A DNA stretch of 64,000 bases, taken from the NCBI GenBank assembly GCA_030141605.1, contig JAQGDQ010000340.1:191492-255491 (forward strand), given 5' to 3'. The stretch is from Tubiluchus corallicola. Lineage: Eukaryota; Animalia; Priapulida. Shown here piece by piece: positions 1 through 12,252 of this stretch (within the stretch, counting starts at the first letter, position 1; each line of letters opens with the position of its first letter). A program made the translations under genes and the position numbers. The notes under the pieces are model-generated. The model saw nothing but the letters and a program-made list of their open reading frames with translations, did not search any database and had not been told where the DNA came from.

Positions 1-98
1 ACCTTAACTATCTTTATCGTGCATTCGTGGCAATATTACGTAAGCCTAATCAGAAACAATTTGCAAAAACATAATAAGCTAAACGTAAAAAACAATGG

Positions 99-190
99 AA
101 TCATCATCATCATCATCATCATCACCATCATCATCACCATCATCATCATCATCATTATCATCATCGTCATCGTCATCACCATCATCATTA
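99..190. repeat. (ATC)n microsatellite
   Basis: Directly visible ATC/ACC/GTC triplet run. Confidence 0.95.
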
Positions 191-575
191 CATGCCGATT
201 ATGTCTACTGCAGACAGAATTCTAAAAGAAATCTGCTCTCAAGACAGGCAAACACAGCAGTGATCCAGCAAAAAACTGGACACTGCTATGCCAGTAGCTT
301 GTCAGCACCCCCCTTTCGAGTGTTGAATGAATGTTATAAGCGAAAAACTGCGACGAACAGGGGTGATCATCGAGCATTCGAATTCGATTCGAAGGGGTTT
401 TTTGTCTGAATTCGATTGGATTTTCAATTTAAGTCAACACTGTTTCTCAAAGGTACTGGTACTTAAGACAAACAAACGATTATAATTATTTACTTGACAT
501 ATTAACTAAAATTAAACGAATTTATACTTATATTGGTACAAATACGTCTTACTGTGATTTAGTGTCAGTGTTGTA

Positions 576-1279
576 AACATACAAATAATATCTGATTGCA
601 TTTTCAGTTCATTGTATCTTGTGAATGTCTTTACGAAAGCAACTTTACTACCCCGAAGCATCATGAAATGAATAGTTACTCTCCTTCTCAACAGAGTGCG
701 CCACTTGGTCTGTTTTTTTAAACATACAAATAATCTGTTTGCATTTTCAGTTCATTGTATCTTGTGAATGTTTTTACGAAAGCAACTTTACTACCCCGAA
801 GCGTCATGAAATGAATAGTTACTCTCCTTCTCAACAGAGTGCGCCACCTGGTCTGTATTTTAAACATACAAATAATCTGTTTGCATTTTCAGTTCATTGT
901 ATCTTGTGAATGTTTTTACGAAAGCAACTTTACTACCCCGAAGCGTCATGAAATGAATAGTTACTCTCCTTCTCAACAGAGTGCGCCACCTGGTCTGTAT
1001 TTTAAACATACAAATAATCTGTTTGCATTTTCAGTTCATTGTATCTTGTGAATGTTTTTACGAAAGCAACTTTACTACCCCGAAGCGTCATGAAATGAAT
1101 AGTTACTCTCCTTCTCAACAGAGTGCGCCACCTGGTCTGTATTTTAAACATACAAATAATCTGTTTGCATTTTCAGTTCATTGTATCTTGTGAATGTTTT
1201 TACGAAAGCAACTTTACTACCCCGAAGCGTCATGAAATGAATAGTTACTCTCCTTCTCAAAAGAGTGCGCCACCTGGTC
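576..1279 (+). repeat. 142-bp tandem repeat, about 5 copies, spanning a splice acceptor and the start of an exon
   Basis: Units start near 576, 721, 863, 1005 and 1147. Each contains gcattttcag|ttcattgtatc. Only the last copy continues into the long exon. Confidence 0.95.
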
Positions 1280-3023
1280 CGTTGTCTCACAAGAGCAAAC
1301 TTAGTTTTCGAGGGGTGTTGAGTAAAAAACAACATTGGCCTTCAGCTGTCCAAGATGCGATGCCAAGTAATCGTCGATGGAAGAGTGTACTAGGACCTTT
1401 GCCCGACCGTCGTCAAGGCAACCAAAACGCGCGCCCTAATTTTTATAAGGACACTGAAGCGTATTACTTTCCCGACGTAACACAAGAACCTGATGAAGTC
1501 CAGACAACCACCACAGAAGAACCTCTTGACAGAACTCTGTCGGCACGCGATGACGTCGCTGACAGACGAGACGACAATGAGGCAATGGTCAGGAATGACC
1601 TCCCCTACCACGAAATGAAGGTGGTCAATCCCGTGCGACGAGATAGTTGCAGGGGCATTGATGTTGAGTGTGACAGCTGGACATTGATGACGCGTTGCAC
1701 AGCAGACAGCTGCAATGACGGCCCGGGTATTAGGGTAAGAGCTTCCTTAGAACGTTTATGTGACCGTCCGGTTCATCTGGTAATGGCCATGTCAGGTATG
1801 CTGTGGCCGATATGACAGATACTAATCTTCACTAGCACAAATTCCACGTCTACCACTGCAACATGGACCAAAAGTGCTGAATGAGGCGCAAGTACAGATA
1901 GAACATACTTTGTGTGCCCTTCATTACCAGATGAACCGGATTTAATTCTAAGCACCCTCACTTTTCTGTCAAAAAGTTAACAGACAGCTCAGTTTTCTGT
2001 GGCAGGTGGGTGTAAGCACTGAGCCTGACTACTCTATTCACACTTGGAATTTAGAGCATTAATTATTAAAGGAAAATCTTAATTATTAGCGAACACGTCA
2101 CTTTCATCAGCACCACCATACATCAGAATGACTTATCTACTGTAACATCAAGCTAAATTATGAAATTCTGATACGCCTTATTAGGTTTAATCAGTCAATT
2201 AATCAGCGATTGTTATTTAATGTGTATAGGTTATGACGCGCCAGTGCTCGTGCAGAAATCCATCAGGTAAAAGATTTGTTTTGCCACTGCGCATGTGCAA
2301 GTGGGAGCAGTTTGTCAGGTCTAGAGATACTAGAGGAGAGCAGTACTGCAATCTTTTCCTGGAGGTAAACAACTGAATGTAAAAATTGGCTCGCTTTAAA
2401 AACAATTTTCATTACATAGACCTTGATTCGTTATAGTTGTTCATCGTGATCTGATAGTAGACATCATAAATTTAAACGTAACAAACGCGTCAGTATCATC
2501 GTCGTCATCGCCGTCGTCATCATCATCATCGTTATCGTCTTCATCATCACCATCGTCACTAGCATCATCATCATCATCGTCGTCGTCGTTATCAACGTCG
2601 TCATCATCATCATCATCATCATAGTCACAACGTCATCATCATCATCGTCGTCGTCATCAACGTCATCATCATCATCGTCATCGTCATCAACGTCATCATC
2701 ATCATCATCTTTATCGTCATCATCATCATCATAGTCATCAACGTCATCATCATCATCATCTTCTTCGTCATCAACGTCGTCATCAACGTCATCATCATCG
2801 TCATCGTCATCATCATCGTGATGAATGGTCAGTAAAAGCTCGAAACCTTTTTAAAAGACGATTAAATTTTCTCAGTCTAAATGCTTTCTTAGCTTTTAAC
2901 AGGCACGTTTAAGAAGCGTTTTTTTTCTTTGTGTCTCCCAAACACCCCCTCATTATTATGCTACTTTTTATGCTGTACGTACTTTAATGTGTTTTGAATG
3001 TTTTTATACGATGTATATGTTTG

Positions 3024-3061
<38 letters not shown>

Positions 3062-4613
3062 TAGTGCATATTGTTTACTATTTATTTACTTTTTGTATTG
3101 TTATACTTTTCATAAGCTTAAACGAAAACCGGATGATTGTGTAAACATTAGTTCAGAATACAGACTGCTCTAAAATATTGAAAACTACAATAGCTTATTT
3201 TAAATCAAAACATAGATTAAATAATAATTACCTCGGATAGTCAAATTTTGTTAAACTTTCAAAGCTGCGCGCGGCTCAGTGAATCTACTAAGATTGGCAA
3301 TGGCGCCTTTTTATCACATTCGTGTGGCCGACAAATAGAAGGCAGTACCGTGATAATCATGATCATGAATTGCAGTGTTAGTTCCTGACGTAGACATATG
3401 ATGCACACCCCATTTTTCGTGACATCATGCGTTTAAACGGTACTGTAACACCTATGCAAATGTGCTTGACGCGCAAGGGAAGACGTCTGTTATTGCACAA
3501 ACTGTGGTTTGTTTGTGACTTAAGCAATAGCTATGTTTGGTTGACGTTAATTAACTTTCTAAGCTAATCATTCAAATATAAGGAACAATTACTAACTTTT
3601 ATAGGCGAAAAAATGTCTATTTTGGACAGTAAATTAAAGTGAGATTAAATCTGAACAATCGTCCGGTCTTCCTTTAATCATCGAAAATTAATTTCAGCCT
3701 AGTTTAGAAAAACAGAAATGTTTTCCCTGCATAACCGTATTATGAGTATACACTATACATAGTAGGAAATAAAATTTAATTTTTTCAATAATTTAATATT
3801 GACATAATTTTAAAAAATATTTCATGACAGGTATGCAACGATCCGCCAGAATCCAGTGACGCCACTTGTCCAGACGCAGTCGCCCGATCCTTCATCTCAA
3901 CTGCACAGGAGAAGAATGATCCAAGAGACAGAAGAAGGCTTTTTAAGCAGCGACGCAAGATGGCCGCCAAGCGAAAAGCAGCTCAACGCAAAGAGCGAAT
4001 GAGAAATGACCTTGAATTTCTCACACAACAGAAAAAACAGCAACAGCAGCCTAAGCTGTTGTCATATCAACCTGTGAACTTTCGTCACAAAGCTGACAAT
4101 TTGAATATCAACCCACCAAGGCCCCCTCTTCAATCGATAGTCTACAGCAAAAACGGGCCCCATTTACCCACTTTCCAACCATCCCTTCCACAAATTCCTC
4201 CTCTTTCACAAGTTGTGGTTCACTACAGAAAACAGGCTCAAAGGCCCCAGCGGGTGACAGGTTTGCAGTACCTCCCAGTGGTAAATTTGCCAGCAAAACC
4301 TCCCCAACAACTGCCCCTGCCTCAACCACAACAACCATCTTATCCCCAAGTGTCCGGACCTCCTTCCTTTTTGTCTCTTTATTCAAATCCAAAACTTATG
4401 CCTCCCAAAGTTGCTGTTCAGTACGGGGCACAAAACGCTGCACCAAAGCTGAACACACCGAAGCAGTATACAGGTTACCGAAAAATCTCTCCCCAAGTGA
4501 AAACTTACCCCGGGTACAAAACTACTGAGGGTAAGAAATACACTTACTACAAACCTGTCACAAGAAGACCAAGTAATTTACATGGCAATCGTGCATGGCG
4601 ACCCAATGGTTAA
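1177..4613 (+). CDS. Putative secreted protein with a degenerate TSP1-like six-Cys module and a Pro/Gln- and Tyr/Lys-rich C-terminus (5' partial)
   Basis: Exon 1177-1734 (tttcag|TTC...ATTAGG|gtaaga) splices in phase 0 to exon 3831-4613 (atgacag|GTATGC...TAA), which is in frame with ORF 3960-4613. The join reads CRGIDVECDSWTLMTRCTADSCNDGPGIR|VCNDPPESSDATCP. A candidate upstream exon ends at 39 (TAC|gtaagc) and gives TLTIFIVHSWQYY|FIVSCEC, resembling the end of a signal peptide. Confidence 0.75.
2495..2817. repeat. Imperfect (ATC/GTC)n microsatellite, intronic
   Basis: Directly visible. Confidence 0.9.
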
Positions 4614-4717
4614 TTATTGTGAAATTTCACTCTTAATAAGTGATCCGTATGTTGGAACCAAATTATGTTCTGCTTGATTCTTTGCTCTTGTATTGATCAT
4701 AAGTAAGCAGTGTTTAA

Positions 4718-5772
4718 AGTCTATAATACACCAAAGTGCCCAGGGCCTGGCATCTGGTGTTTGCGTCCAACAACTGGGACCGAGAACTAAAGCCTGCGAC
4801 CAAAGCATCCAGCGTCTGGAAGCCAGGTATTGTCAATAGTTGATGAAACCAAAGATTTTGGCCCCCAAAGCTAGAAGCCAGACAAACCTGTATTTGAAGG
4901 GCTGGCGTCCAGCGACCAGAGCCTGTTCTGCAACCAACCAACGACGACTGGGCCTGCGATTTATTGTGGTAATAAGCATCGAGAAAAAGAAAAAAGAAAA
5001 GCAAACTAATTTAGTTATCATCCATTTCATTTTCCTGTGAAAAACATGGAAATTGAGCGCTGGACGTTTTGTCATATCACCCAGTGAAGGCTATAGATGC
5101 TGGAAGCTGGTAGCCAGAGGTCAAACGCTGGACGCTTTGTTATATTACCCAGTGAACGCCAGAGATGCTGGAAGCTGGTAGCCAGAAGTCAGACGCTGGA
5201 CGCTTTGTTATATTACCTAGTGAACGCTATAGATGCTGGAAGCTGGTAGCCAGAGGTCAGACGCTGGACGCTTTGTTATATTATGCAGTGAATGCCATAG
5301 ATGCTGGAAGCTGGTAGCCAGAGGTCAGATGCTGGACGCTTTGTTATATTACCTAGTGAACGCTATAGATGCTGGAAGCTGGTAGCCAGAGGTCAAACGC
5401 TGGACGCTTTGTTATATTACCCAGTGAACGCTATAGATGCTGAAAGCTGGTAGCCAGAGGTCAGATGCTGGACGCTTTGTTATATTATGCAGTGAATGCT
5501 ATAGATGCTGGAAGCTGGTAGCCAGAGGTCAAACGCTGGACGCTTTGTTATATTACCCAGTGAACGCTATAGATGCTGAAAGCTGGTAGCCAGAGGTCAG
5601 ATGCTGGACGCTTTGTTATATTATGCAGTGAATGCTATAGATGCTGGAAGCTGGTAGCCAGCGGTCAGATGCTGGACGTTTTGTTATATTACCCAGTGAT
5701 GGCAATAGACGCTGGACCCTGGAAGCTGGTAGCCAGAGGTCAAACGCTAGACACTTTGGTGTATTATAGGCT
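4718..5772. mobile_element. Non-autonomous DNA transposon (PIF/Harbinger-like MITE) carrying an internal 68-bp satellite
   Basis: TIRs AGTCTATAATACACCAAAGTG (from 4718) and CACTTTGGTGTATTATAGGCT (to 5772), with TAA on both sides. Confidence 0.7.
5093..5760 (+). repeat. 68-bp tandem repeat, about 10 copies
   Basis: Unit atagatgctggaagctggtagccagaggtcaaacgctggacgctttgttatattacccagtgaacgct at 5093, 5161, 5229 and onward. Confidence 0.95.
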
Positions 5773-6304
5773 TAAGATAGCACTAAGTTAAGATGCAACA
5801 AGGAATGTCTAAACTTCTATTTACAACATTGTACCAAACATCAATTAAAATGCTCATATAAAGCTCTAAAATCAATCAATATAAAACCCAGTTTCGATTT
5901 TTGTAACAGTATTTTATATTTTATTTGTAGTACAACTCCACAACTATGGGCTCTGCTGTGTTTCATGAGCAACGAACTCCTAACAGAAAACGAGTTGCAA
6001 CCAAATAAGTAAACATGTCTAAATTCTATGACTGAAATTTTCAAAATTAATGACGTAATAAAAAATTTTGTTAAACTGTTTCGTATTTGGCAGTGAGTTT
6101 AGTTCATCACAAAAACACTACTTTTCTTTCAAAAGTTACTAACTGCTGCATCAGTATTCGTTGGAGTCTAAAGATGTTATTATTATTATGTTGGTAACTA
6201 AAGACTCCAACTAAAGAGACTCTTTGCCAGAGCTGTTTAGAAAAATGATAAATGGACAATGTCACGTGATGAATCCATCTGTTTGCATTTGTGACCAGGC
6301 ATTG

Positions 6305-7618
6305 TTATTGGGTGAAACTCCTTGACACTCCAATAGGAAGGGAAGACGAAGAACCAGAATGGACTCTCGCTGGCTCTACTCTGACTGGAGTATATTTGAT
6401 TTCTCCCCTATTGGGTCGCTGGAAATCGTACGATGCTGCCTCTAATGCGACACCTTCTGCGTTGGCCGTTTGAGCGAACTCAGCCTTTTGTTCCTGTTGT
6501 GCTTGTCTGTCAGCTGAGAGTGCAATTTTAGCAACCCCCTCGCCTGCACCGCTTCTGTCGGCTTTGGATACCTCGAACTGTCTTGCAAATCCCTTTTGAT
6601 ATCGGGATCCCACGATAACGGGTGTCCGTGAATCTTCTACTTCACTGATTAGCCCACCAGGAGTCTCACTTTCCGCTTGTCTTCTAGCAGCCTCAAAAGA
6701 GAAGCCATCAACATCAAGATACTCGTCTCCAAAACCATCATCCTGTCCCAAATTTGTGATGAAGTCAGTTCCAGTGCTAACGAAATGATTTCGTGCCCTT
6801 GAGGTAAATGGTCCAACACGAGCGTTGTTCAAGATGACGCCGCTGCTGCTAGCTGTATGTATTGGAACAGATGAATGGGCAGGCAAAGGAGTTTGTTGGG
6901 GAACCGAAAGCTTGGTGCCGGTTCCGCCACCATTAGCATTTTCAGCTAAGTTCCTTATTCGACTTAACTCGGAATGGACACTCTGCAACTGTTGCTGGGA
7001 GATCCGCTGAAGACGAGCAAGTTGGGCAGGCGGTGCTGCATGTACAGGTCTGGAAGCAGATCTACTCGAGAAGTGCTCTGCGGTGCCAACTGGTCGAGAA
7101 GCTCGCAGGACTGGCCGAATGACAGACGTAGATGTAGCCAGTGGTTGAGACCTAATCACTACGGTTCTGTAAGCCTGGGCCTTGGGCTGCTTATAGGCGA
7201 CACTTCGACTGGGTAAGACGGTCCGATGTCGAAAACCGTTTACGGTACTCACGCCGCCACCCCGACCAATAAACCCACCGGAAGTTGCAGACTGTCCTCT
7301 GGCATGTTGCCTGTTTCGTAACTCTGTCAAATGCTCAGATATTTTACTTTTCACTTGTTGAGTTCGTGCAACAATGTCAGCTCTGGAATAAGAACCACTG
7401 TCCCGAAAAGATCCCGATTCAGCTGCTCCAAAGCCAGTGCCTCTAACCTCGACAATGCTTCCGCCACAGTCGACAGACAGCGGCTGGTTTTGGCTGGGAC
7501 TTCTGTTTATTACCACTTCTTCATCACCACATCGAATTCTGATCTGGTTGTTATCCTCACACAGGATGTTGTGAATGTTAAGCAGTAGCAATGAACAAAC
7601 TAGAACAGTCAGCTTCAT
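6305..7618 (-). CDS. Secreted Ser/Gly/Arg-rich uncharacterised protein, 437 aa, single coding exon
   Basis: 449-codon ORF. The likely start is ATG 7618, just after an acceptor (gtttccag|gcaacATG), followed by the signal peptide MKLTVLVCSLLLLNIHNILC. A candidate 5'UTR exon ends at 9183 (gagaag|gtaaga). No domain recognised. Confidence 0.8.
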   Translation of the reverse strand: MKLTVLVCSLLLLNIHNILCEDNNQIRIRCGDEEVVINRSPSQNQPLSVDCGGSIVEVRGTGFGAAESGSFRDSGSYSRADIVARTQQVKSKISEHLTELRNRQHARGQSATSGGFIGRGGGVSTVNGFRHRTVLPSRSVAYKQPKAQAYRTVVIRSQPLATSTSVIRPVLRASRPVGTAEHFSSRSASRPVHAAPPAQLARLQRISQQQLQSVHSELSRIRNLAENANGGGTGTKLSVPQQTPLPAHSSVPIHTASSSGVILNNARVGPFTSRARNHFVSTGTDFITNLGQDDGFGDEYLDVDGFSFEAARRQAESETPGGLISEVEDSRTPVIVGSRYQKGFARQFEVSKADRSGAGEGVAKIALSADRQAQQEQKAEFAQTANAEGVALEAASYDFQRPNRGEIKYTPVRVEPARVHSGSSSSLPIGVSRSFTQ

Positions 7619-7669
7619 GTTGCCTGGAAACAATGAATTCATTGACAGTAACACAGTTTTAACAAAATA

Positions 7670-7997
7670 AGCCTTTTCACAGTTCCAGCGATTGATGATG
7701 ACCGTGAAAAGATCAACGATAAAGTGTAATTATAACAGTAACATCTTTTAACAGCTAGCTAGTTCATTTTTTCTTCTGCCCAAGCAAGATCCTATTAGTA
7801 AATCACTCTATGCACAAATTAATACATAATTAAGTAAACTCCGCGTAAAACAACTGAAGTTACTGAACTGATGCAAAGGGCGGCTTTGTTCTTCCCATAT
7901 GTCACATGACAGTTGTAGTTAGGACGCGTTGCTGTGGCACACTTAACCTTTGACCTACAGCAACGGCGCGTGCGCACAACGAAACAGTGAAAAGACT
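7670..7997. mobile_element. MITE, copy 1 (TIR AGCCTTTTCACAGTT)
   Basis: Inverted termini agccttttcacagttcc and gaaacagtgaaaagact, TA-flanked. A homologous copy lies at 44426-44818. Confidence 0.7.
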
Positions 7998-9654
7998 TAT
8001 TGCAAACATCCACGTAATCGGCAAACATTGATCTTATGTTCACCTTATGCTGATTGTCTCTACACGGTGTTCCAAAACAAAGAGTGATGTAGGAATACGC
8101 TGATGAAATCATGAAATCATAATTCCTTTCAGTTCTTCTGCAATATAACTTCGCGTGGTCATACTTATTGAACTTTGTGATGGTGCAGTGTTGGCACCCT
8201 TTGAGCACTTGTTATTGAACTGTTACTTTTGGAACGCCTTGTTGATAAATTAAGACATTTGTTTGGCATAATTAGGTAACACACAATTATTCATATCTTT
8301 GATACATCTAAATCACATCTTTCCTTAAAAGAACAGCTAGTTTCTTAAATTTCTCTCCCGATTTCTGCAGGAAAAAGTGAGTTGTTTCCAACAAAACACT
8401 CATGCAACTTTTAAAAGTTTTTGCAACAAATTATAACAAAAATTTTTATTCATATTGAAGCAACACTAACAATTCTGATCTCACGAAGAATTTAACAATC
8501 AGTGAAAACTGCTTAATGGAATCTGGGTTATGGAAAAATACGAAACAAACAATTTTTTGTCTTTAAAATTAATGGCGGCGAATGAATGTCAGTTCCGTGA
8601 CAGGTTATGTGACAATTATTTACGCGCCCCAGGGATATGTTGTAAATCCTATTCTGGGTATTTTTCACTTGGCGATATGCTTGCTGTACACATTTGTTGC
8701 TGTTAGCCATTTTTTTAGTTTTTATCCTAAAAATGTGACTTAAGTTTGTGAAATTCCGAATAAATAGAATCGTGAACTCATGTGTTCGTGATTACTTGGG
8801 GCTAAACCCACCACGGCATGATATGCCAAACAATTATAGATTCTAAACATTCTAAACTAAAACATTTTAAGTGAATAAAACAGCTACAACGGCCGATGAA
8901 AACATAATCCCTCCATTGTACAGCAGCACACTCGAGCGAATTTGATATTTTGGCATTGTCTTCATGCTAATCTCAACAAAAATATGTAATCACGGAACAA
9001 TGCTAAAGCATTCAAATTGATTTCTACTCGAGCGTGCTAGTGGACAATAAAAGAATCATGTTTCTGTTAGCTGTTGTAACTGTTTTATTTCAATTAAAAT
9101 TAACAGTTTCGAATGACCATTTTAGCAAATATTTTTTTAGATTGCATGACTTCTTTAACTCATAACTGTACATAGATCTTACCTTCTCTTAAAACGGATC
9201 CCCTTCTTTCAACGAGGACGGTTGAGAAGACAGAACGGTGTCATGTCAATTTGTTCACTGTACTGCGGCTATGACGCAAAGTTAGAGAAAACTCTGGTAC
9301 AGAAGAGAGAGCTCAAAGCCTCTGGCAAGGATACAGCTTATTGACAAAAAACAGTTAAACGTTCATTAATCAAACAGCGAGTATAACTGTAAATAGCTCC
9401 CACGTTTGTAAGAAAGCGGCTTTTTTCGAAGGTTATCTGAGATATTTTCTTCACTACTCATTTAGGGCTAGAGTCTTCACTACTCATTTAGGGCTTTGAG
9501 ATTAATGACATTAACAATTTTTCCTATTTTCTATAACATGTAAGTTTGTGTATAATGGGCGTTTAGCCTATGATAAGTCGATATTAACAAACATACAGTT
9601 TATGTATAACCTAACGACCGATTATTTGAAAAAAAAACAGGAACATACTGAAAA

Positions 9655-9725
9655 TGAGCCAAGTAAGATTTGAACTTAGAACCTTAGAATCATCGAGTGC
9701 GTGCCTACTACTTGAACCACTGACT
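9655..9725 (-). mobile_element. Degenerate tRNA-derived SINE head
   Basis: Minus strand reads gtcagtggttcaagtagtagg...ggttctaagttcaaatc, with A-box- and B-box-like motifs and no intact cloverleaf. Confidence 0.45.
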
Positions 9726-9933
9726 CATCTTACCAGTGCAACCAGGTTGCGTGCTTTACAACTCAAACTACTAGGCCAACAAAGCAGTCTAAGGTTCCGG
9801 TATCAAATCCTGGCTGGCTTTACGTTTTTCAGTTAATACCAAAAGGATGACCGTTTTGTGCAATGAGGCGTCATTTTTACGTATTTCCAATCTCCAGTTT
9901 AGTTACACAGTTAGTAATATATTCAGCTATGAA

Positions 9934-11410
9934 CAAGTTTAAGTTTGAGTTTGAGTTTGAGTTTGAGTTTGAGTTTGAGTTTGAGTTTCAGTTTAAGTTT
10001 AAGTTTAAGTTTAAGTTTAAGTTTAAGTTTAAGTTTAAGTTTAAGTTTAAGTTTAAGTTTAAGTTTAAGTTTAAGTTTAAGTTTAAGTTTAAGTTTAAGT
10101 TTAAGTTTAAGTTTAAGTTTAAGTTTAAGTTTAAGTTTAGGTTTAGGTTTAGGTTTAAGTTTAAGTTTAAGTTTAAGTTTAAGTTTAAGTTTAAGTTTAA
10201 GTTTAGGTTTAGGTTTAGGTTTAAGTTTAAGTTTAAGTTTAAGTTTAAGTTTAAGTTTAGGTTTAGGTTTAAGTTTAAGTTTAAGTTTAAGTTTAAGTTT
10301 AAGTTTAAGTTTAAGTTTAAGTTTAAGTTTAAGTTTAGGTTTAGGTTTAAGTTTAAGTTTAAGTTTAAGTTTAAGTTTAAGTTTAAGTTTAAGTTTAAGT
10401 TTAGGTTTAGGTTTAGGTTTAGGTTTAGGTTTAGGTTTAGGTTTAGGTTTAGGTTTAGGTTTAAGTTTAAGTTTAAGTTTAAGTTTAAGTTTACGTTTAC
10501 GTTTACGTTTACGTTTACGTTTACGTTTACGTTTAGGTTTAGGTTTAGGTTTAGGTTTAGGTTTAGGTTTAGGTTTAGGTTTAGGTTTACGTTTACGTTT
10601 ACGTTTACGTTTACGTTTACGTTTACGTTTACGTTTACGTTTAAGTTTAAGTTTAAGTTTAAGTTTAAGTTTAAGTTTAGGTTTAGGTTAAGTTTAAGTT
10701 TATTTTAAAGTTTACGTTTAAGTTTAAGTTTAGGTTTAAGTTTAAGTTTAAGTTTAAGTTTAAGTTTAAGTTTATGTTTAAGTTTAAGTTTAAGTTTAGG
10801 TTTAGGTTTAGGTTTAGGTTTAAGTTTAAGTTTAAGTTTAAGTTTAAGTTTACGTTTACGTTTACGTTTACGTTTACGTTTAAGTTTAAGTTTAAGTTTA
10901 AGTTTAAGTTTAAGTTTAAGTTTAAGTTTAAGTTTAAGTTTAAGTTTAAGTTTAAGTTTAAGTTTAAGTTTATTTTAAAGTTTAAGTTTAAGTTTAAGTT
11001 TAAGTTTAAGTTTAAGTTTAAGTTTAAGTTTAAGTTTAAGTTTAAGTTTAAGTTTAAGTTTAAGTTTAAGTTTAAGTTTAAGTTTAAGTTTAAGTTTAAG
11101 TTTAAGTTTATTTTAAAGTTTAAGTTTAAGTTTAAGTTTGAGTTTGAGTTCGAGTTCGAGTTCGAGTTCGAGTTCGAGTTCGAGTTCGAGTTCGAGTTCG
11201 AGTTCGAGTTCGAGTTCGAGTTCGAGTTCGAGTTCGAGTTCGAGTTCGAGTTCGAGTTCGAGTTCGAGTTCGAGTTCGAGTTCGAGTTCAAGTTCAAGTT
11301 CAAGTTTACGTTTAAGTTTAAGTTTAGGTTTAGGTTAAGTTTAAGTTTAAGTTTAAGTTTAACTTTAAGTTTAAGTTAAGTTCAAGTTTAACTTTAAGTT
11401 CAAGTTTAAA
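9934..11410. repeat. 1.5-kb compound hexanucleotide satellite (GTTTAA/GTTTAG/GTTTAC/GTTTGA/GTTCGA)
   Basis: Directly visible blocks of variant hexamers. Confidence 0.97.
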
Positions 11411-12252
11411 TTTCTTCTTTTTCTTTTCACTTCTTTTTCAAGATGAACACGCTCTCTATTCTACATACACAAACGGGTAGAAAGTGAAGTTAATGATTCT
11501 GCTGTTTGTATTTTAGTTACGTTAGAACCTCTTGGTAATTTTTCTAATGTGAATGTTAATTAGGTTACACCGTTAAATTTACATATTCATTCAAAAACAT
11601 CGGCTAATTAATAGGTGGTAAAACTTTTCATATTATTTTCAGAAAACATATTTCAAAGAAATAATTGTTTTTGACAAGCCTATGCCAGCTCATGTACTTT
11701 TTAAAGCTTTAAGAAAACTGCAAAATTACTACTGCAGAAATTTCGTTTCGTTTGGTTAATAATTAAATGCGCGGCGGTTGCGCAATCAATCACTGAACGT
11801 TAATTAATTATCTGATGTAATAGTGGATTATGTACTAGGCGCAAAGGCGGGATGGTCCTCCAATAATTCACCTCTTACCTGCTAGAAAGTACCTATTATA
11901 GGTATGCAGGCATGGTGAGTGATGAACGTGATGTATTTAAAACTAGTTACCTAATCTGAAATAGTCTTGTATGTAAAAATATACTCTTTTATTCTGATTT
12001 GACCACTTTATTTACTTATAATGTTAAATTAAGAATTGCAAGACATTTAGTAGTATCGCAAAGCACATCACTTGCCATACTGCCCGGAAAGGATAAGATC
12101 TCGAGTTCGACTCAGAGTGGAGAAATTTTTTTCAAACTTTCTAAAATTGTATTGCTTTCGTGTGTTTATTAGCTTGTAATTACATGTATTCCTGAAAATT
12201 AATGAATTGTATTTTATAAATTTGCAATTAATTTGAAGATGTTCCGTTGATT

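Noticed and set aside
839-1193. Two identical 70-aa ORFs as tandem small genes
   Set aside because: They start at GTG inside the 142-bp repeat and read through intron-derived sequence.
9863-11379. Long ORFs (FKFK, SLSL, NLNL) and TTTAGG as a telomere
   Set aside because: The ORFs are translations of a stop-free hexamer satellite. The dominant unit is GTTTAA and it is interstitial, not TTAGGG or TTAGG.
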